A stretch of DNA of 64,000 nt from Sporopachydermia quercuum (lineage: Eukaryota), in assembly GCA_001599295.1 (NCBI GenBank), contig BCGN01000001.1, positions 434,001-498,000 on the forward strand. The letters run 5' to 3'. A program made the position numbers and the translations under genes. Within the stretch, counting starts at the first letter, position 1. Each line of letters starts with the position of its first letter. Positions 60,114 to 64,000 of this stretch are shown here, piece after piece. The notes below the pieces were generated by a model. The model did no database searches and was not told where the DNA came from. It saw only the letters and a list, made by a program, of their open reading frames with translations.

Positions 60114-61409
60114 ATGTCTGTGGGAGACTTTGAGAAGTCGATTTACGACATGATCATTGATGAGACCATGCTGACTCAGGAGTTTGGAGTCCCGTGTTTG
60201 ATTGAAAAAGAGAACATAATCAAATCTATTACAGAAGGTGCTATTTCAAGAAAAAGAAAATGTGATGAAAAAGTCTTGCCTACTCAGGAATCATTGAGTA
60301 GGGAACTCGACTCACATTTCAGTAACAGTGTTCTCATAAGTCAGTTAGAATCAAAGTTTGTGAAGCTATACCATGTGCTGAATATGTATGTTAAACAGAT
60401 TACAATTCTAGAATACGGAAGTGAAGAGCAATTTGATATACAAATGGCGAAGGGTAAAGAGCACGATGAAATGCTAGCAAAGCTTTTGGATGCACGTACT
60501 GCTGCTACAACAAAGGCAAACCTCGAGGACGAAAGCAACCCTATGAGTGATACAAACGGATCAAGGTATATAGATGCATCAGTTCTAACATTACAAGAAT
60601 GTAGACCTTTGGTAGTTAGAGAACAGTTTAGCACTAATATCAATGAGTCGCAGGTTCTAATTTCTAATGCGTCGTCCGTTAACAAATCATATAAAAAGAA
60701 GAAATCGAGTTTTCACAATGATGATTCTAATGAAAGCGGAAATGATACTTTCCGTCAAATGGAAGCTTCGAAATATATCAACGAGTTAGACAAACTAGAT
60801 GGTCTAGTGGACAGTCTGAACAGAATGTTCAAAGTTCGTGATTTGGTTTTTGATACTACTCTCATGACTATACCTATGTTGAACTCTGTTCATCAATCCC
60901 CTGATGTTACAATGCGTGAAAATGAGCTTTTACATTCAATTGGATTAAGAGATGACTTAGCCACGACATACCTTAAAACAGCGCATCAAGAATTGGTCGC
61001 GCTAAATATAGAGCTTGACTTTATAAAACAAGAAAATGCTAAGATTCTTGCTGCCAATCAACGATCTGCCTCGCTCTTGAATGAGAAACTGGTGTCTTTA
61101 CGTACGATAGTAAATAGCAGCTCCTATGGTTTAGCTGAAACGGAGAAAAGAAAATCTGGTAAACCTGCCCTGAGTAAGGACATTCAAAAGATTCAATCAA
61201 AGAAACGTGAGCAGATACATATGTTGAAAATATCCAAACTGCAATGCGATGTTTTGACTGATTTCATAGAAGGCTTAGTGAGTGGGTTGGGTGTTAATTG
61301 GTATGAAGAGAAAAAGCTTCGTGAGATTGTACTCAAATGTCTCAAAAATCAAGAANATGATGAAAATGATGAGGAATCTTTTGGTACCGCTCAATTGATC
61401 CAACAATGA
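60114..61409 (+). CDS. Coiled-coil protein with a CENP-H/Fta3/Mcm16-like C-terminal motif
   Basis: C-terminal VLTDFIEGLVSGLGVNWYEEKKLREIVL resembles the CENP-H family GSGVNW..D..L.E.VL signature and follows a coiled-coil-like region; ATG at 60114. Confidence 0.65.
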   Translation: MSVGDFEKSIYDMIIDETMLTQEFGVPCLIEKENIIKSITEGAISRKRKCDEKVLPTQESLSRELDSHFSNSVLISQLESKFVKLYHVLNMYVKQITILEYGSEEQFDIQMAKGKEHDEMLAKLLDARTAATTKANLEDESNPMSDTNGSRYIDASVLTLQECRPLVVREQFSTNINESQVLISNASSVNKSYKKKKSSFHNDDSNESGNDTFRQMEASKYINELDKLDGLVDSLNRMFKVRDLVFDTTLMTIPMLNSVHQSPDVTMRENELLHSIGLRDDLATTYLKTAHQELVALNIELDFIKQENAKILAANQRSASLLNEKLVSLRTIVNSSSYGLAETEKRKSGKPALSKDIQKIQSKKREQIHMLKISKLQCDVLTDFIEGLVSGLGVNWYEEKKLREIVLKCLKNQEXDENDEESFGTAQLIQQ

Positions 61410-61851
61410 GTGTGGTATGGTGGAGACATTTCGATTATTGTATTTCAGTTTTTTTATTCCTTTTTTCTGTTGAATCATCATTGTATCACTAGTCATAATT
61501 AAACTGAGTTACAAAATACATACTACTTTTCTTCACAGGTGCAATGAAGTATTAAAAGAATGTGAGAGTATTATAATCCTTTACCTAANCTAGTTGACCT
61601 AGTTACTGTGAAACTNGCTCAGGCGGTTCTTACAAATTCTGGTCGTTATAAAGTTACAACAATCTATAAAACACTGATTGACAAGCTACCTACGTAATAT
61701 AGTCATTTTCAATGTTTCAGCTGCTCTATTCGAAGCTCCTGCTTAGGAATGAACGCCAAATGATACTATGTACAAAGTGAAAATAAAGAGATAACAAAAG
61801 TGGCACTGCGTAATATAACGCTGCTATCTTTTGATTGAAAGTACAGACCTA

Positions 61852-62658
61852 TTATAATGCAAAGGTTCTACTGTTGACAACAGACCAATTGATACAATTC
61901 CACCAATTTGCCAGGTATTCATCGCGACCACTTGGACCGTAATCGTTAACATAAGCGTACTCCCAGACATTAACAGCTAACAAAGGGATGGTCCAATCTC
62001 TGACTTTTTTGCTTTGTTTGTGGCCTTCCTGAATTTTCTTTCTGTTCTCATCTACAGTTAAGTAGTCGCTTTCGCTGAATCCGTGGTTCAAATCGTATTC
62101 ATGATTAGAAGCAAAATCAAACGGCGTACCAGCATTATTACATCCAATTATATCTAAACTTTTATCATGTCTTTCTACTAAGAAAACCCATCCATTTCCT
62201 GGTAATGTATCTGCTTTGTAGAGAAAATAGTTTTGGAAGTTTTCTAAAGATTCAAATTTTTCCTCGACTTTTGATCTGAGGGTGTAAAAAAGATTTGATG
62301 GACTACCACCTGAATTGGCAGGACACAGTGTATCAAAGAAAAAGTGGTTGTTGAAAGCTTGTGATGCGTAATTGAATACGTGAGCTTTTGAAGGATCTCT
62401 GCTTGTNCTTTGTATAATATGCATTGGGGATCTTGTTTCATTATCAGTTTGGCTGGTTAAACCTGATAATTTAGTGGTTACCAGTATTTGGTAATCTTTC
62501 CATGCAAGCTTGAATTGTTCTGGTGAGTACAATCCCGAAATACCTTCTTTGAGATACACTTCTTCATTCTTTAAAGTAGGTGGGAGATGAATAGATCTAG
62601 CCANACCTAACGTCTGGCTCACCTTAGTTGGCTTAAGTGTTCGAGATAGAAGAGACAT
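61852..62658 (-). CDS. RSM26: Mitochondrial small-subunit ribosomal protein mS42 (Fe/Mn-SOD-like fold)
   Basis: 268 aa; presequence, RSIHLPP, GISGLYS..FKLAWKDYQ, FNYASQAFNNHFFF, GNGWVFLVE, IPLLAVNVWEYAYVNDYG; divergent from AIM25 as in S. cerevisiae. Confidence 0.88.
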   Translation of the reverse strand: MSLLSRTLKPTKVSQTLGXARSIHLPPTLKNEEVYLKEGISGLYSPEQFKLAWKDYQILVTTKLSGLTSQTDNETRSPMHIIQXTSRDPSKAHVFNYASQAFNNHFFFDTLCPANSGGSPSNLFYTLRSKVEEKFESLENFQNYFLYKADTLPGNGWVFLVERHDKSLDIIGCNNAGTPFDFASNHEYDLNHGFSESDYLTVDENRKKIQEGHKQSKKVRDWTIPLLAVNVWEYAYVNDYGPSGRDEYLANWWNCINWSVVNSRTFAL

Positions 62659-63300
62659 GATGACAGCTCCAATCTTGTAATATTAATGACGCTTTGAAGT
62701 ATAGTCCAAAGTCTCAAATCTGGCAGATTAGAGTCTCTGCTGATGTTTCAAAATGATAGTTGTTAACTTCTTTGGAAAGTGGGATATTCAGATCGCCCTA
62801 ACCAGCTTTACTTTCTGTTTTTCTATCATATTTACCGTTCCTCACTCGATGTTGAAACTTGAACTTTTCACAATTACTTAGGGCTGAAATATTCACTAAT
62901 GAGCGCAATACTGCGGGGTTTTCAGAACCTTTATCATGTCTCAACAAACTACATTTCACATGTAGTTTGTATTTGCATTATAGTACAGGTAACTGCATAT
63001 ACCCAGTCAACTTAATTATTAAATAAAGGCGATTGACAGATAAATGTGACAGATAAATGATGGCTTTTAGGTGACATATCGACACTTGTGGTTNCTGAAA
63101 AGGAGACAAATACTCTTGTCATGTGTACTTGTTTGGAGTATATTCCTTTGCTATACTTTCAAGTTTCACAAGCGAACCATTAGTCAGTAGCCTATTCATG
63201 AAAGGTTCATACGGACTAACACTAACTATCTATTGGTTGGTTCGCATATAAAGCATTCTGACTACATCAGTTTGAAATTAGCAAGAAGTTTACAACAGCT

Positions 63301-64000
63301 ATGATGAATATTGCCACGAAAGGGGTTGTTGGATCTAGACCTCTTCTTTCATCTTACAGTAGCCTGTTTTTTGGCAGGACTGCCTCCTTTGGTAGAAGTA
63401 TCAGAGACTGTTATACCAACGTCAATCGAAGATACTATTCGCCACTAACAGGTATACCCTATGATCGTTCTGATACGTATCGCAAACACAACCTAGCGAG
63501 AACAACTGTTTTTGACAAGGCCCGACATGCACGAAAAGCGCATGTGGAATATACTTATGGGTCTGGTGATGTGTTGACTCATAACAGTCTCATCACGCAC
63601 AGCGATCCTATTGCCAGTATACTGGCTCAGCCAACAATTGTGATAGAGAGACAACTGGAGATGATGAACGTAATTCTTGGTTTTGAGCAGGCTAACAGAT
63701 ACGTTATTATGGATGTTAGTGGTAGTATTATTGGTTACATGTATGAAGAGGATTTTGGTATAGCTAAGGTGATATTAAGACAACTTTATAGATTGCATAG
63801 ACCATTTAAAGTGAGAGTAACTGACGTGAATGACAACCACTTGCTAACAATTTCCCGGAGATTTTCACTTATTAACTCTCACATTAAATGTATGTTGCCT
63901 ATTCAATCATCAGATTATGCCACAAATGAATTAGTAGTTGGAGAGTCAGTTCAGTCATGGCATTTATGGAGACGGCGTTANAACTTGTTCAGATGTGAGG
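63301..64000 (+). CDS. AIM25: Mitochondrial phospholipid scramblase-family protein (3' end outside the window)
   Basis: Open frame from ATG 63301 to the window end: ILAQPTIVIERQLEMMNVILGFEQANRYVIMD..GYMYE..RQLYRLHRPF..INSHI..VGESVQSWHLWRRRxNLF. Absent from the ORF track because it has no stop in the window. Confidence 0.92.
   Translation, partial: MMNIATKGVVGSRPLLSSYSSLFFGRTASFGRSIRDCYTNVNRRYYSPLTGIPYDRSDTYRKHNLARTTVFDKARHARKAHVEYTYGSGDVLTHNSLITHSDPIASILAQPTIVIERQLEMMNVILGFEQANRYVIMDVSGSIIGYMYEEDFGIAKVILRQLYRLHRPFKVRVTDVNDNHLLTISRRFSLINSHIKCMLPIQSSDYATNELVVGESVQSWHLWRRRXNLFRCE

Noticed and set aside
61852..62658. Mn/Fe superoxide dismutase
   Set aside because: It lacks the DxWEHAY and N-terminal His metal ligands (it has NVWEYAY); it fits the Rsm26 mitoribosomal protein and its synteny.

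Overview
AT-rich nuclear DNA from an intron-rich budding yeast (Saccharomycotina-like gene set; CTG reads as Leu at conserved positions). I can support about 25 protein-coding genes, eight of them with introns that I reconstructed by hand: PNG1, two convergent ADY2/ATO-family transporters, RRT14, an 8-exon MET18/MMS19, a DUF4050/YLR407W-like gene, LEO1, MAE1, TTI1, FDH1, RPS22, an F-box gene, FYV4, HNT2, an aldo-keto reductase, ERD2, PRE7, a CXXS PDI-like gene, a MIN6-like microprotein, SOD1, URA7, VPS25, a CENP-H-like gene, RSM26 and AIM25 (partial). The window also holds an intron-containing tRNA-Lys(CUU), an H/ACA snoRNA (snR44-like) in the RPS22 intron, and a decayed MCM4 fragment inside a ~9.7 kb stretch with no intact gene. 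I found no transposon, CRISPR array or rRNA, and no clearly new multi-gene system. The best leads are the snoRNA's apparently altered second guide, a 9-nt microexon in HNT2, the MCM4 pseudogene, the CGHS/INEL ER thioredoxin protein and orphan splice signals in the gene-poor region. Gene names come from recalled protein motifs, not from database searches.
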